From Nitrososphaeria archaeon (lineage in GTDB: Archaea > Thermoproteota > Nitrososphaeria > JACIWG01), in the NCBI GenBank assembly GCA_963752255.1, contig CAVVXT010000019.1:352001-416000 (forward strand): DNA of 64,000 nucleotides, in the 5' to 3' direction. The notes beneath the pieces are model-generated. The model did not search any database. It had not been told where the DNA came from and saw only the letters and a program-made list of their open reading frames with translations. Positions 39,420 through 50,529 of this stretch are shown here, piece after piece. The first letter of the stretch is position 1. Every line of letters begins with the position of its first letter. Position numbers and translations under genes: made by a program.

Positions 39420-40112
39420 TTATTTTATGGAGTACAGACCTGCTTGCATGTAAGAGTACCATAGAATTTCCGCGGTTGAAAATCCAGTCTTCCTCAAAAG
39501 CGAAAGATGGCCCATTATGGTAATTGGAAAGTATTCGACGTCGAATCTACGAAGATTTTTCTCAACGGCTGCGGCGTCTCTTCCCTTTGCCAGTTGGAAA
39601 TGTTTCCAATATTCTTTTCCAAATACAATGCCTTCAGGTGTCATGGGTCGCACATTTTCAAAGGTTATGTAGACCCCTCCGAGTGGCATAAGTTCAAAAC
39701 AAACCTTAGTTGCCTTAGCTCTCTCACCGCTCGCCAAGTAATGATGGGATTGAATCGCTGTGATGATATCAAGTTTTTTCCCAAAATCTCCCAAATCTTG
39801 GGTTACTGCAGGCTCCAAGAACTCGACTCTGTCGCTGGATACATGTGCCAGCTTTTTCTTGGCCATTAGAAGCATCTTTTCAGAAGGGTCAGCCAGTATG
39901 AAGTGTGTATTTGGAAAAGTAAACAATGCCTTTTCAACGAATGTACCAGTTCCACATCCCGTGTCAAGCCACATATGCGGTTCCTTTCGCGTCGCTTTTA
40001 CAAAGTTGATTGCCTCTTCATGAAAAGTGTCATAATAAGGAATTGTAGCACGAATTTGCGCGTCATAATCTACAGCTAAATATGGAGTGGCGTTGTCAAA
40101 CTCCATGTTCAT
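39420..40112 (-). CDS. Class I SAM-dependent methyltransferase (CmoA-like)
   Basis: YDAQIRATIPYY, WLDTGCGTG, AIQSHHY. Confidence 0.85.
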   Translation of the reverse strand: MNMEFDNATPYLAVDYDAQIRATIPYYDTFHEEAINFVKATRKEPHMWLDTGCGTGTFVEKALFTFPNTHFILADPSEKMLLMAKKKLAHVSSDRVEFLEPAVTQDLGDFGKKLDIITAIQSHHYLASGERAKATKVCFELMPLGGVYITFENVRPMTPEGIVFGKEYWKHFQLAKGRDAAAVEKNLRRFDVEYFPITIMGHLSLLRKTGFSTAEILWYSYMQAGLYSIK

Positions 40113-40487
40113 CTCTCCAGAAGTAAAAAAGAGTATTTGTTTCTTAAAGCTTTCGCTTCTGAGCAAGGATGCTTCTCAAAAAACATATCCAGCGCGAGCT
40201 GGATGTAGACAAACAAGATTCTATAATCTACAAAAATAGACTATAATTAAATTTTTATTCTTATTTGAAAACCTTTAATCCTCAAAGATGAAAGGTTTGT
40301 CAAGTGGAATTTCCACATAACAAATATCATCTCGTCTTATAAAACTTTCCAACATCCTCCTTACTTGTTTTGATTTCTTTCTTCAAATTAAAATAGATCG
40401 TGCTTTGACCATTAGTAGAGATTTTATTAACGTTATTGATGTGCACTAGTTATATATTTAAGAACACACCGCAATCTAGGTCTCGAC

Positions 40488-41111
40488 ATGAAAAATATGA
40501 TTATGAGTGCTAATGTAGAAAAATTTGTCAGATTCTACAATAGCGAATTCGGAAAAAAAGTAATGGAAAAAGAAGCTGAATACGTCTTCAATGAATTAAG
40601 GAATTGTGAACAAATTCTTGATGTTGGTTGCGGCATAGGCTCATTTGAACAATATCTTCCCAACCTTAACATCATAGGTTTAGACAGCTCAAAGGAAATG
40701 TTAGAAGAAGCAAGAAAGGGAAGCGACAAGACTTTCATCCTAGGCAACGCGGAGGACCTGAAGTTCAAAGATTCCACATTCGATGCAGTTTTCACCGTGA
40801 CAACCCTGGAATTCCTTGACAACTACAAGAAAGCCGTAGAAGAGATAGCCAGAGTTACAAAACAACATGGTAAAATCTTGGCAATGATGCTGAATCCTGA
40901 GTCCGAATATTTTAAAGAAGGGATAAAGAAGCCTGGTGACTATTTCAAAAGAGTAAAACATATGAATCCAGAAGAAATTGGAGCTCATATATCACATTTC
41001 TATGCAATAACTAAGGAAGAATATTTTCTAGGTATAAGGAGCCAAAATATCTTTGACACAGGTGATAAGAGATATGCGAGTTTGTATGTTGTTGTTGGAA
41101 TAAAGAAATGA
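40488..41111 (+). CDS. Class I SAM-dependent methyltransferase (Methyltransf_11)
   Basis: ILDVGCGIG, GLDSSKEML, GNAEDLKF..FDAV, EIARVTK. Confidence 0.9.
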   Translation: MKNMIMSANVEKFVRFYNSEFGKKVMEKEAEYVFNELRNCEQILDVGCGIGSFEQYLPNLNIIGLDSSKEMLEEARKGSDKTFILGNAEDLKFKDSTFDAVFTVTTLEFLDNYKKAVEEIARVTKQHGKILAMMLNPESEYFKEGIKKPGDYFKRVKHMNPEEIGAHISHFYAITKEEYFLGIRSQNIFDTGDKRYASLYVVVGIKK

Positions 41112-41699
41112 AGCAAATAGTAGCGATTTCTATATGAAGCGTATCTGGAATAAAGCGGTTTTGGTAGCCCAAGGATAGAGAGAATGATAATCTTATTGAT
41201 TAGGCTAGACTCCAAATAAACCCTACCTATGATTACTTTAAGTTACTATTATGTTTAACTTACTGATGCTTTGGGGAAGGACTCTTTATTCTATGTTATT
41301 TCCTTCAACGGAGAATGTGAACTCAATTCCACCAAACCCTTTTTGTTCTTCGTTCAGTTTCTCATCCCATATAGGTTCTCCTGTTGGCTTTCTGGGGAGG
41401 GAGTCTTGGCTATATCTAAAAATGTTTTGAGAGAAGGTTGTATAGATCTCCTGTCTGCGTTCTTGATAATTTGGTTATAGTTCCTTTCCTTAGAGAAAGA
41501 CAATTTAATAAAAAAAGGCAATACTGTCTTGATCTACTTCCTATTAGAATATTTTGGGAAAATCTTTCTCCTTCCAAATTGCTTCAAATCAAGGAAAAAG
41601 TTAGGATAGATAGTATTTGAAGGGCCATGCTTATTTAATCTCATAAATCAAGCTCTTTTATCCTTGCCATTTGATCTGTAGGTGTTAATTTTCATTGGC

Positions 41700-42968
41700 T
41701 TAGGCTGCAACCTTTTTCGAGGGCAGGAACAGCGAAGCCACCAGACCGAGAAGTGTCACAAGGGTGCCGATGGCGAAGACTGAGATGAATGACGGGTCGG
41801 AAGCAATGAAGTAACCAAGCACTACCGTCACGACTGCTCCGGCGAGATTCCCTCCCGTATTCATCATCCCAGCGACAGTGCCTGCAACCTTCGGTGTGAA
41901 CAGCTCGGTTGTCAGTGGCCACGCGTTGACTAGGCCTGACGTGAACGCCCAGAAAAGAGCGAGTAAGCCGATTGCGTACTGAAGTGGGATGGTTCTATAC
42001 AGGGCGATCAGGGAAGTGACTAAAGCTATAGTGAGAACCGAACCCAAGAGCGAATAAACGACAACCTTCCTGTGACCGATGCGGTCTCCCAGCAACCCGG
42101 CTAGAGGTATTCCCAGAAGTTGGGGTACAATCGCTATCATGGTGAAGAGAAACGCGGCCATTACATTGTCCATATTGTACACCTTCACGAAGTATAGTGT
42201 CAGCCACACACTGATGCTGGAGCCTCCTAAGAACCCAATGTAGACCAGGGTAAGGATGTACGGGGACAACGAATGCTTTAGGACGGATCCTGTCGATTCC
42301 CCATCGTTTTCTCTCTTTCTCGCCCCAGATAACTGTTCGGCAATTGGTGGAAGCCCGATGTCCTCAGGCCTGTTGTGCGTGAATCGGAATACTATAGGTA
42401 CGGCAAGTATTATGGGCAAGCCTACTAGCAGGAAGCTGGATTGAGCTGATGACAAGCCTAGCAGACGTGTTGTCCCGCCCACCAACAAGGGCATTGACAA
42501 GCTTGCCAATATCATGGCTACCTCTCCACCGGTGAATAGTATGGCGGTCTGAATTCCTCGTCTTGAGGAAGGGAACCATCGGGCGAGCATAGAATTTGCG
42601 GGGACAAGGATAGCCGCTGAACCCGCACCTATCAGAACTCTTATGATAATACTCAACTCTACGCTGGGTAGAAAGATACCGAAGAGCACAGCCCCCAGGG
42701 CCATAAGAAGCGTGCCGAAGGAGACCGTTGCCCTTGCCCCCAGCCATCGCTCGCTCACGTATCCAAATGGAATCTGCATCACCGCATATGACCAAACCAT
42801 GGCTGAGTTTATCCAGCTCAGGGTCGCAGGGTCCCAATGATAGGTAGTAATCAGAGCTGGTATGACGGTGGATATGTCTGAACGCTGGAACCAGTAGAGG
42901 AAATTGGCTAGGAATATGGCGCTCAACACGATCCACGAATACGGATAGGACTGCCTTCGCTGTTCCAT
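41700..42968 (-). CDS. MFS transporter
   Basis: ~12 TM; QIPFGYVSERWLGAR, ARWFPSSRRG, GLLGDRIGHR, ELFTPKVAGT. Confidence 0.92.
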   Translation of the reverse strand: MEQRRQSYPYSWIVLSAIFLANFLYWFQRSDISTVIPALITTYHWDPATLSWINSAMVWSYAVMQIPFGYVSERWLGARATVSFGTLLMALGAVLFGIFLPSVELSIIIRVLIGAGSAAILVPANSMLARWFPSSRRGIQTAILFTGGEVAMILASLSMPLLVGGTTRLLGLSSAQSSFLLVGLPIILAVPIVFRFTHNRPEDIGLPPIAEQLSGARKRENDGESTGSVLKHSLSPYILTLVYIGFLGGSSISVWLTLYFVKVYNMDNVMAAFLFTMIAIVPQLLGIPLAGLLGDRIGHRKVVVYSLLGSVLTIALVTSLIALYRTIPLQYAIGLLALFWAFTSGLVNAWPLTTELFTPKVAGTVAGMMNTGGNLAGAVVTVVLGYFIASDPSFISVFAIGTLVTLLGLVASLFLPSKKVAA

Positions 42969-43402
42969 CTCTGCTACACTGGTATATCCACGCCTTCACA
43001 TAGTCTAGTCGACGCCGATATAAGAACGATGTCGCTTTCTTTCAGCTGCTTGACCTTCTCATCTATGGCATCAGAATCTTCCCCCTGCCAAACATTGTGA
43101 GCCATAGATTCCACATCAGTCTGCTTGAGGTACTCCATTATTAAATTTAGCACAATCAAAACGATTTGCAGCTTTGAAGTGATGACAGAAGAAGGAGCGA
43201 AGTCAAAAAGTATAGGACATAAAGCGTATAATAGTCAATTTCTAGTTGGTAAAAAATGGGAAGAATATATTGCAGACTTACAGCGTAGTATCTTTGCGGC
43301 CTAGCGAGGATCGAGTATCTAGAATCCTTCGGGTTAACTGTTAATCTAAAAAAATAGGACAGGATAACTTGGCGACTAAGATTTTTTTATGAAAAGTGCG
43401 CT

Positions 43403-43456
43403 GTTCAAAAATTAGAACAACATATCTTCCCCTAATTCTAAGAATAGCACTATATC
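43403..43456 (+). promoter_or_regulatory. Twin palindromic operator plus TATATC box, same architecture as 15643-15696
   Basis: GTTCAAAAATTAGAAC at 43403, ATTCTAAGAATAGCAC at 43435 (32-bp spacing), then TATATC and TTACCTAA. Confidence 0.75.
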
Positions 43457-43478
43457 TGTACCCACCTTACCTAAGGCC

Positions 43479-44648
43479 ATGCAAAAGATAAAGATAAGGT
43501 CTCAGGTTTTTGTGATAACAGTCATACTAGGTCTTACCATATTCGGTCTCAGCTCTCTGTCGTACGCTAACGCAGCTTCATACAACAACGTGCAGGTATT
43601 CGTCCAGACCAAAAGCAACCTCCCCGACTACTTCATCGTCTCCGCCTTCAACATGAGCGGTTACATGGTCGCCTCCTCCCAAAGCTACTATTCAGCAGCT
43701 TCCTTTGAACTTCCAAACGGACAGTACATATTCGCCGCCACAGCGGAGCAACAGTACTATTCCACCATCTACTATTCACCCACGCCAGTTAAGGCCACAG
43801 ACTTGAACTCAAGCTTAAACTCAAGCGGCTTAATGATCCCTATCGTTGCTCAAGAGCCGGTAGTGGAGTACGGTTACTCTCTGGTTCAGGTAGCTAACTC
43901 GACATCCATCACGATCTCGACCATGAATGCTACATCCCTTAAGACAAGCATGCTCACCGTCAAGGTCGCCTACGCCAACGGCACCGCTGCTGAGGGCGCT
44001 TCCGTCTCAGCGTCGATATTGGGGGGAAACTTTTGGGGTTATGGAGACAACGTTGTGATGTCGAATACCACGGATGCTGACGGCGTATCGACCCTTATCA
44101 TGCCCCAGGCGCCTGTTCAGGTTTACGCCTGGAGCTGGCTACCAGTGAACCTGCCGAACGGCCCGACGTCGGTTCAGGTCGTAGTTGGCGGTGAAAAGGT
44201 GAACGTCACCGTATACTGGCAGCCTATGTCCGTTGGATTGGCGGGTTCAGCCATAATAGTACCACCCGGGGCCGGTGCCTCGATAAGCCTGCGTGTACAG
44301 CAGTCCAACTACTGGGTAACGCCCTACGGGGTCCAAGGAACGGCGACGGCGACGGCAGCGATGGGAGGCGGGATGACTTCAGCCTCCGAAGCTGGCTCAA
44401 TCCCAGCCGCAGTATACCAGCAATCTCAGGGAATCCAGCAGGGGCAGTCCTCTCAGGTAGTCCTGCCGACGACGATTACATCCACGGTAACCTATTCAAA
44501 CCCCAGACCAACGACCTCTGATTTAGGCTCAGAATCCTCCAGCAGCCTCCTGACCGGAAGCTCGCTTCTTGTAATGATTGTGGCCGTTTTGGCCCTTGCC
44601 GTAGCGGTCTTGAGCATACTGTTAGTAGCGAGAATCAGGAGACAGTAG
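43479..44648 (+). CDS. Cell-surface protein with signal peptide, beta-sandwich domains and C-terminal TM anchor
   Basis: Signal peptide ending ANA, many NxS/T sequons, Ser/Thr/Gln linker, hydrophobic C-terminus followed by RIRRQ. Confidence 0.8.
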   Translation: MQKIKIRSQVFVITVILGLTIFGLSSLSYANAASYNNVQVFVQTKSNLPDYFIVSAFNMSGYMVASSQSYYSAASFELPNGQYIFAATAEQQYYSTIYYSPTPVKATDLNSSLNSSGLMIPIVAQEPVVEYGYSLVQVANSTSITISTMNATSLKTSMLTVKVAYANGTAAEGASVSASILGGNFWGYGDNVVMSNTTDADGVSTLIMPQAPVQVYAWSWLPVNLPNGPTSVQVVVGGEKVNVTVYWQPMSVGLAGSAIIVPPGAGASISLRVQQSNYWVTPYGVQGTATATAAMGGGMTSASEAGSIPAAVYQQSQGIQQGQSSQVVLPTTITSTVTYSNPRPTTSDLGSESSSSLLTGSSLLVMIVAVLALAVAVLSILLVARIRRQ

Positions 44649-44689
44649 CAAGCGTCTTAGCCGATCTACCTGAGGAATTCGGTCTCAAC

Positions 44690-44929
44690 ACTAATCGGGT
44701 TTATGGGTGCAGCGCCGACCAGATTCTACTAGTATAGCTGTAAGGCATAAGTTACGGCGCTAATAAGAGACGTCGCTAAAGAAAGGCCTCAGATCAGAAT
44801 CAAGAAAATATTGACAGCCTTCCCAGGTCTCTTGACTCCAACATAACCAATCAATCTCGTCCCAAGATATGCAAGCAAGACTCCGATGACAAGAAGCGCA
44901 ACCGCCAATAATACTGCATCAGTGCCTAC
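44690..44929 (-). pseudogene. Membrane-protein pseudogene with three in-frame stops
   Basis: VGTDAVLLAVALLVIGVLLAYLGTRL..VGVKRPGKAVNIFLILI*GLSLATSLISAVTYALQLY**NLVGAAPINPIS; stops at 44789-91 and 44726-31. Confidence 0.5.
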
Positions 44930-44966
44930 TTAGGGACTCCAAGTACTTTATTCAGTCAAGATGTGC

Positions 44967-45704
44967 TTACTTCCACTTTGTAAGTATTTCCTCCCTGCGG
45001 AATGTGGCCGTGCTGATGCGGAACAGAATCAAATTAAGCGCTGCGAGAACAGCGGCGATGATGAGAAGATTGGTGGTGTCGAGTGATATCAGGCCTATCT
45101 CGCCAGCGAGGTAGATGCCCATGAAGGGGAGGAGCATGAGACCCCCGAGTTGCGATGCTGAACGTACGTCGTTGACCCTCGCGGAGGCGATCACACTCAT
45201 CTCGACGCTTAGTAGCGCTGCAAGAGGGGCGAGAATAAGGAGGATGAGACCAATGCCCCAATTAGGATAGTAAAGGTAGCCAAGCTTGCTGTAGGTAATG
45301 CTATCCATGAGCGCCATGAAGATTGTAGCGCCTGCGTAGGTAGCAACGATGGCAGGTAGGAATGCGGCGATGCTCTTTCCAAGCAGGATTTCTCCATCGG
45401 TGGTTGGAGTCGCCAGAAGTGGTTCCAGACTCTTCTCAACCTTCTCGCCGACTATACTATAGGAGGCGATTGGAGTAGGAATAATCGCCGGGATGATGAC
45501 GTAGAAGAAGGCGAACGCGTTCAGTAGCTGCGGGAGTGCCGCAGCTGGGATGCCCCCGCTTTTCCTTCCCGTGATCTCGATTATCAATGGGAAAAGAATC
45601 GAGAGCAGGAGAGGCAGGAGGACTGCCGTATAGATGACGGTTCTCTTCCGTATGAATGACTTTAGGTCCTTGGCTGCGATAATCCACGAATTTTCTAGGT
45701 TCAT
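44967..45704 (-). CDS. ABC-2 type exporter permease
   Basis: ASYSIVGEKVEKSLEPLLATP...ILLGK; 6 TM; ATGA overlap with the ATPase. Confidence 0.9.
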   Translation of the reverse strand: MNLENSWIIAAKDLKSFIRKRTVIYTAVLLPLLLSILFPLIIEITGRKSGGIPAAALPQLLNAFAFFYVIIPAIIPTPIASYSIVGEKVEKSLEPLLATPTTDGEILLGKSIAAFLPAIVATYAGATIFMALMDSITYSKLGYLYYPNWGIGLILLILAPLAALLSVEMSVIASARVNDVRSASQLGGLMLLPFMGIYLAGEIGLISLDTTNLLIIAAVLAALNLILFRISTATFRREEILTKWK

Positions 45705-46621
45705 TTTGTCTCCCTCACGAGCTTCAAATAGGCATCTTCCAACGTTGAACTGAGCACAGTAACGGATTGAACGTTGCCCCCTGCCCCGACAATTGCGCGT
45801 ACAATGTCCTGATTCTCCTTTTCAGGATTCACCACGTCAATCGTTATTTTGTTGTCATTACTGGTCATCTTCCCGATCGACAGCTTCTTCAACGCGTTCA
45901 AGATCGCATCATTCACCTGCTCCAGCTGAATTACGGTCTTCCTGCCCCCAATCGACCCCTCAAGCTCTTCGGGAGTGCCTACTGCCATCAGCTTGGTATT
46001 CAATATCCCAATCCTATCGCAGATTCTTTGCGCTTCATCGAGGTTATGCGTGTTCAGAAAGATAGTCTTCTTCTCCTTCTTTAACTCGAGTATGAAGTCC
46101 CTGACAGTTTTTGACGATTCTGGGTCTAGGTTGACTGTCGGCTCGTCCAAGAACAATACTTCCGGATCATGAATAAGGGCGCGTGCTATCGCAAGTTTTT
46201 GTTTCATTCCTTTGGAAAACGTTCCGGCCGCGACATCCTTTTTCTCCCAAAGCCCCAACATCTTGAGGAAGCGTTCGATGTTTTCTTTTCTTTGTGCTTC
46301 TGTACATTTATACAGCTTACCGTAAAAGTCCAAGTTTTCGTAGGCGGTCAGGTCATCGTAGAGGCCCACGTTGTCAGGAACCAGTCCAATGATCTTCCTG
46401 ATCTTCAAAGAATCTGCGTCGTTACCTACCTCGTAACTTGCTATCCTGGCCGTTCCGCTGGTCTTTGATATCAGGCAGCAGAGCATCCTGACGGTGGTGG
46501 TCTTCCCAGCTCCGTTGGGTCCCAGAAATCCAAAGACCTCCCCTTCCTCAACGCGGAGGGTCACCCCATCGACCGCGGTCAGGTCGCCGAACTTCTTGGT
46601 GAGGTTCTCCGTCTCGATCAT
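45701..46621 (-). CDS. ABC transporter ATP-binding protein
   Basis: GPNGAGKT, FSKGMKQK, FLDEPT, THNLDEA. Confidence 0.95.
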   Translation of the reverse strand: MIETENLTKKFGDLTAVDGVTLRVEEGEVFGFLGPNGAGKTTTVRMLCCLISKTSGTARIASYEVGNDADSLKIRKIIGLVPDNVGLYDDLTAYENLDFYGKLYKCTEAQRKENIERFLKMLGLWEKKDVAAGTFSKGMKQKLAIARALIHDPEVLFLDEPTVNLDPESSKTVRDFILELKKEKKTIFLNTHNLDEAQRICDRIGILNTKLMAVGTPEELEGSIGGRKTVIQLEQVNDAILNALKKLSIGKMTSNDNKITIDVVNPEKENQDIVRAIVGAGGNVQSVTVLSSTLEDAYLKLVRETK

Positions 46622-46794
46622 AACGTTTCACCATTGCCTGAGCCCTGGCGGCGGCTAGATGGATAGTACCTTGGAAGCCGGTACGTGATTTGGCATACGC
46701 TGCCGTATTTAGAATACATAATCATGAAGTTATCCCAATCTCTTCCCATTATCCATAACCCATTATTAAATATCTATTATAACGTTTTGTGAGG

Positions 46795-46957
46795 ATGATA
46801 GACAGGCTTCTTTTCAAAAGGATATAGAGTGCACATATAAAATTATATTCCACCAAAGAATACAAGTCGCTTTTTGAAAAAGCAGGATTGCAATATATTA
46901 AGAGTATAATTATTGGCTAGATGGGGTTTAGCGACAGTTCACATCGGTGAAAAATAA
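46795..46957 (+). pseudogene. C-terminal fragment of a SAM methyltransferase-like gene
   Basis: MIDRLLFKRI*SAHIKLYSTKEYKSLFEKAGL with internal stops. Confidence 0.35.
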
Positions 46958-47009
46958 AAAATTTGGGTCTTTTCATGGCTATCAGTCCAACTGAAGCAAG
47001 GATGACATT

Positions 47010-47780
47010 TTACCGTAAGTAGTCTTCGATCCTATCTTGTGGTCTATATCCGAGCTTCTCCATGGTTTCAGATAAATCAAACATCTTATGGTCGTTATCG
47101 GAAACACCGTAAAAGATACCAAACTTCAGATCTGACTCTAAACTCCTGTAAATCAGCTGTGCCATATCGCGATTACTGATCCATATCCCAGCAAGCTTTT
47201 CGCCAGTATAGGTTATGTGGGTACGTTCTCCTGAAATAAATGGCTTAACGTAACTACTAGGATCCTCTAACCCAGGACATGAACCTATCCTTAGACAGAT
47301 GACCGACAGACCGAAGTTGTCAGCATAGTATCTTCCGAGTGCTTCACCAAAAACCTTGCTGACGCCGTAAAGGCTGTCAGGCCTTATCGGAGCCCCCGGC
47401 CCGACTTGGTCAAGTTCTTTTACAGAGAAGCCGCAGGCGTGGTTGGAGCTGGCGTACACCACCTTTTTCACTCCTACCTTTCGAGCAGCCTCGAAGATGT
47501 TATACGTTCCAACAATGTTTAAACTAAGAATGGAGTCCCAAGGTGCCTCAACCTTTGAGTCAGCAGCCAGATGTACGACCGCCTCAACACCATTCATAGC
47601 TCTTATAACTGAATTTAAGTCTGCTATATCCGCAGAAACAACTACTTCTCCCGGTAGAGCCTCCAAGACCTTCTTGTGGGACATTAACTTTAGGGAATAA
47701 TAGTCCCTGTAAGCTTTACAAAACGGTAAACCTACACGTCCACTGGCGCCAGTTACAAGGACCTTCATACCTCTTGACAT
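47010..47780 (-). CDS. NAD-dependent epimerase/dehydratase (uronate dehydrogenase-like extended SDR)
   Basis: VTGASGRVG, VVHLAA, YASSNHA, PDSLYGVSK, CLRIGS, GVSDN. Confidence 0.9.
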   Translation of the reverse strand: MSRGMKVLVTGASGRVGLPFCKAYRDYYSLKLMSHKKVLEALPGEVVVSADIADLNSVIRAMNGVEAVVHLAADSKVEAPWDSILSLNIVGTYNIFEAARKVGVKKVVYASSNHACGFSVKELDQVGPGAPIRPDSLYGVSKVFGEALGRYYADNFGLSVICLRIGSCPGLEDPSSYVKPFISGERTHITYTGEKLAGIWISNRDMAQLIYRSLESDLKFGIFYGVSDNDHKMFDLSETMEKLGYRPQDRIEDYLR

Positions 47781-48125
47781 TACCGTCGCCTTGAAAGAAA
47801 ATATCATTGCAGATATTTAACTCTTTTCATGAATAATAAAATAAACCGATTGATTTGATTCATTCCCTTATTTGTGTCAAGGATATGTATCTGAGTTACT
47901 GAGATGTGCGTGGGAATAGATAACAGAAAATTACCGAGAAAGGCTGTACAGGGGGCTGTAGCTAGCTCTAGCATTACCACTCTGAGCTCCTCATCGTGCC
48001 TCCCAGACAACGTAAATAAATCTGTATAAGCAAGTGGCAAGATTTAATATAAATTCAAAATAGCCTCACATGTTGCCATATCGATCGATATTTAACATAG
48101 CTAAAGGTATGATTAGGGTGATTAG

Positions 48126-49040
48126 ATGATTGAGGAGAATACTAGGGTAACCTTCTGTGATCAACTAACCAAGATCTATGAGAAGCAGCAGAGGAAGGCG
48201 CTTGACTCCGTCACCTTCTCTGTTCCATCAACCGGAATATTCGTCCTGATCGGGAGAAACGGTTCCGGTAAGACCACCCTCGTTCGAATACTTGCGACGG
48301 AGCTCGAACCGACGTCCGGAAGCGCAAAGATAAACGGGATAGACGTCGTGAGGGAGCCTAACAAGCTGAGAGAGAAGATCGCGGTCGTGCCGCAGGAGGC
48401 AAGGGCCATACCCTGGATGACGCCGATGGAGACGGCTTCATCGTATCTCCTCTGGAGGGGCTTCAACTTCGGGGAAGCGAAGCGAAGGGCCTCCAACGCG
48501 CTCGAGGAACTCGGGCTAGGCGGATACGCCAACACCCTGAACCGTAAGCTATCCGGCGGAATGAGGAGAAAGGCCCTGGTGGCTACCATCCTCGCATCGG
48601 AGGCGGAGATATTCTTCCTCGACGAGCCTACGACGGGGCTCGACCCGATATCGAGAAAGGAGCTTTGGGGTCTTCTCAGAAAGATCAGTAAAGAGCACTT
48701 CATCTTCCTCACAACCCACTATCTGGATGAGGCGGAGGAGCTGGCCGACAGGATAGGCGTACTGGATAAGGGCAGACTAATACAATGCGGGACGCTTGAC
48801 CAGTTGAGACACAGCGTTAACTACAACTACAGCGTAAAGATCCCAGCGAACCCCACGTCACCCATCCCCAGAGTGGAGGAAGGCGAGTTACTGGAGGGTA
48901 AAGACGGCTACAGGATACTAACAACAGAGGACGAGGCGTTCAGAATCTCGAGAGAACTCTCCAAGGGAGGATACAAATTCACAATAAACCCGGTTTCCCT
49001 CGACGACATATTCAGCTACATCGTGGACCAGGAGGCTTGA
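48126..49040 (+). CDS. ABC transporter ATP-binding protein (DrrA-like)
   Basis: GRNGSGKT, LSGGMRRK, FLDEPTTGLDP, TTHYLDEAE. Confidence 0.95.
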   Translation: MIEENTRVTFCDQLTKIYEKQQRKALDSVTFSVPSTGIFVLIGRNGSGKTTLVRILATELEPTSGSAKINGIDVVREPNKLREKIAVVPQEARAIPWMTPMETASSYLLWRGFNFGEAKRRASNALEELGLGGYANTLNRKLSGGMRRKALVATILASEAEIFFLDEPTTGLDPISRKELWGLLRKISKEHFIFLTTHYLDEAEELADRIGVLDKGRLIQCGTLDQLRHSVNYNYSVKIPANPTSPIPRVEEGELLEGKDGYRILTTEDEAFRISRELSKGGYKFTINPVSLDDIFSYIVDQEA

Positions 49041-49047
49041 AAATCGG

Positions 49048-49830
49048 TTGGAAACCAGAGATCAGTTGGAGGACGCAAACTCGACGATGAAACGGAATAG
49101 ATTCAGCCAGTTCATGGCAGCTATACTCGTGAATGCCATATACGAGATGAAGAACTTTCCTGTAGTCCTGATCAACACTATATTCTCCCCACTTTCGTTC
49201 CTGATTGTGATCGACTTTGTCAGCCGCGGCAGCCTCATCGGCGAGGCTATCGGAGGCGGGTTCATAATGAGCATGTTCGGGAACGGCATGTCGCTTATGG
49301 GCGACCTCTCCCACCTGAAGAACGACTTCAAGCTTCAGGACATGGTGGTCAGCTCGCCCACACCCTGGTACATCTACCTGATAGGAATGGCGGTCTCCGA
49401 GCTCGTTTCCTCCGTGCCGGCGCTCCTCGTACTCAGCGTACTCGCAACTCTATACATCCATCTAAGCATCACAAGCGTCCTCGAGTTCATTGCAATTCTG
49501 CTCATGATGTTCTTTACATCAATCTCAATCGGCTATACAATCGCAACGTTCTCAAGCGACATCATTAACGCAGGCGCCTTCTCCAGACTCAACTCCATGC
49601 TCTTCTCCACAATACCCCCCGTTTACTACCCCATCACATACGTCCCATATCCCTTTAGGTACCTTGCCTACCTCTCACCTACGACCTACGCCGCAGAGCT
49701 GTCTCAAAGCGCAACTGGCTACCTTTCACTGTCATTAGGAGAGGTAATCGTTAACTGGATCATCTTGATCAGCGTCACAGTTGCACTCCTCGTGATCGCG
49801 AGGAGTAAGGCAAGATGGAGAGAAATCTGA
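49048..49830 (+). CDS. ABC-2 type permease (DrrB-like)
   Basis: 6 TM, PPVYYP...LSPTTYAAE; follows the ATPase. Confidence 0.88.
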   Translation: METRDQLEDANSTMKRNRFSQFMAAILVNAIYEMKNFPVVLINTIFSPLSFLIVIDFVSRGSLIGEAIGGGFIMSMFGNGMSLMGDLSHLKNDFKLQDMVVSSPTPWYIYLIGMAVSELVSSVPALLVLSVLATLYIHLSITSVLEFIAILLMMFFTSISIGYTIATFSSDIINAGAFSRLNSMLFSTIPPVYYPITYVPYPFRYLAYLSPTTYAAELSQSATGYLSLSLGEVIVNWIILISVTVALLVIARSKARWREI

Positions 49831-49842
49831 TCGCTAAGACTT

Positions 49843-50529
49843 ATGAAATTGAATAGAAGCTTAAAATCTCCTTTAAAAATAAAATGCCATGTGCAAATAA
49901 AAGAATTTGTGAATGAATACGGTAAACCTTTTTCCGAAACGCTTGGGATTGATTTGAAATTGGGAAAGAACGAGGAGATTGTCAGATGGTTTCTTGCATC
50001 AATTTTATTCTCGAAGCCGATAAGGGAGAGTTCTGCTAAAAGAGCCTACTATTCTTTTGTCGAGCATGGCGTTGATAGTGTGAATGCAATTTTAGCTACT
50101 AAATGGCAAGGTTTGGTTGATATTCTGGACGAAGGCTCATACACTCGTTATGATTTCTCCACCGCTGACAAGCTTTTGAATGTTTTCGGGAATCTACAGA
50201 AATTTTATCAAGGGAACTTGAACAAACTTCATGAGGAGGCGAAGGATAGTAAAGACTTAGAAATCAAAATCAGAAAGCTTGGTAGAGGGATAGGCAATAC
50301 TACAATTTCCATCTTTTTGAGAGAAATGCGCTGCGTTTGGGCTAAGGCTGACCCAGAACCTTCGACACTTGTAAGGCTGGCGATGGAGGAATTGAAAATA
50401 AGTAATATTAGAGAAGTAGCAGAAAGGGATGATCTAGACTTAGTTAGGTTGGAAACGGCTCTGCTAAGGTATGGGAAGGATTTCCTGAGAAAAGGCAAGA
50501 GATTAGACATCCAAACAGGCCAACTGTAA
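49843..50529 (+). CDS. HhH-GPD/endonuclease III-like helical DNA-binding protein
   Basis: RWFLASILFSKPI, LDEGSYTRYD, HhH-like LGRGIGNTTISIFLREM..VW. Confidence 0.7.
   Translation: MKLNRSLKSPLKIKCHVQIKEFVNEYGKPFSETLGIDLKLGKNEEIVRWFLASILFSKPIRESSAKRAYYSFVEHGVDSVNAILATKWQGLVDILDEGSYTRYDFSTADKLLNVFGNLQKFYQGNLNKLHEEAKDSKDLEIKIRKLGRGIGNTTISIFLREMRCVWAKADPEPSTLVRLAMEELKISNIREVAERDDLDLVRLETALLRYGKDFLRKGKRLDIQTGQL

Noticed and set aside
41271-41620. Short ORFs in the spacer after the methyltransferase
   Set aside because: No motifs; possibly eroded coding DNA on the minus strand but unsupported
42974-43159. 61-aa ORF upstream of the MFS gene
   Set aside because: Could be a gene tail remnant, but there is no motif to support a call
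44726-44731. Tandem TAG codons as pyrrolysine
   Set aside because: The same frame also has a TGA and no start; consistent with decay from CAG/TGG codons
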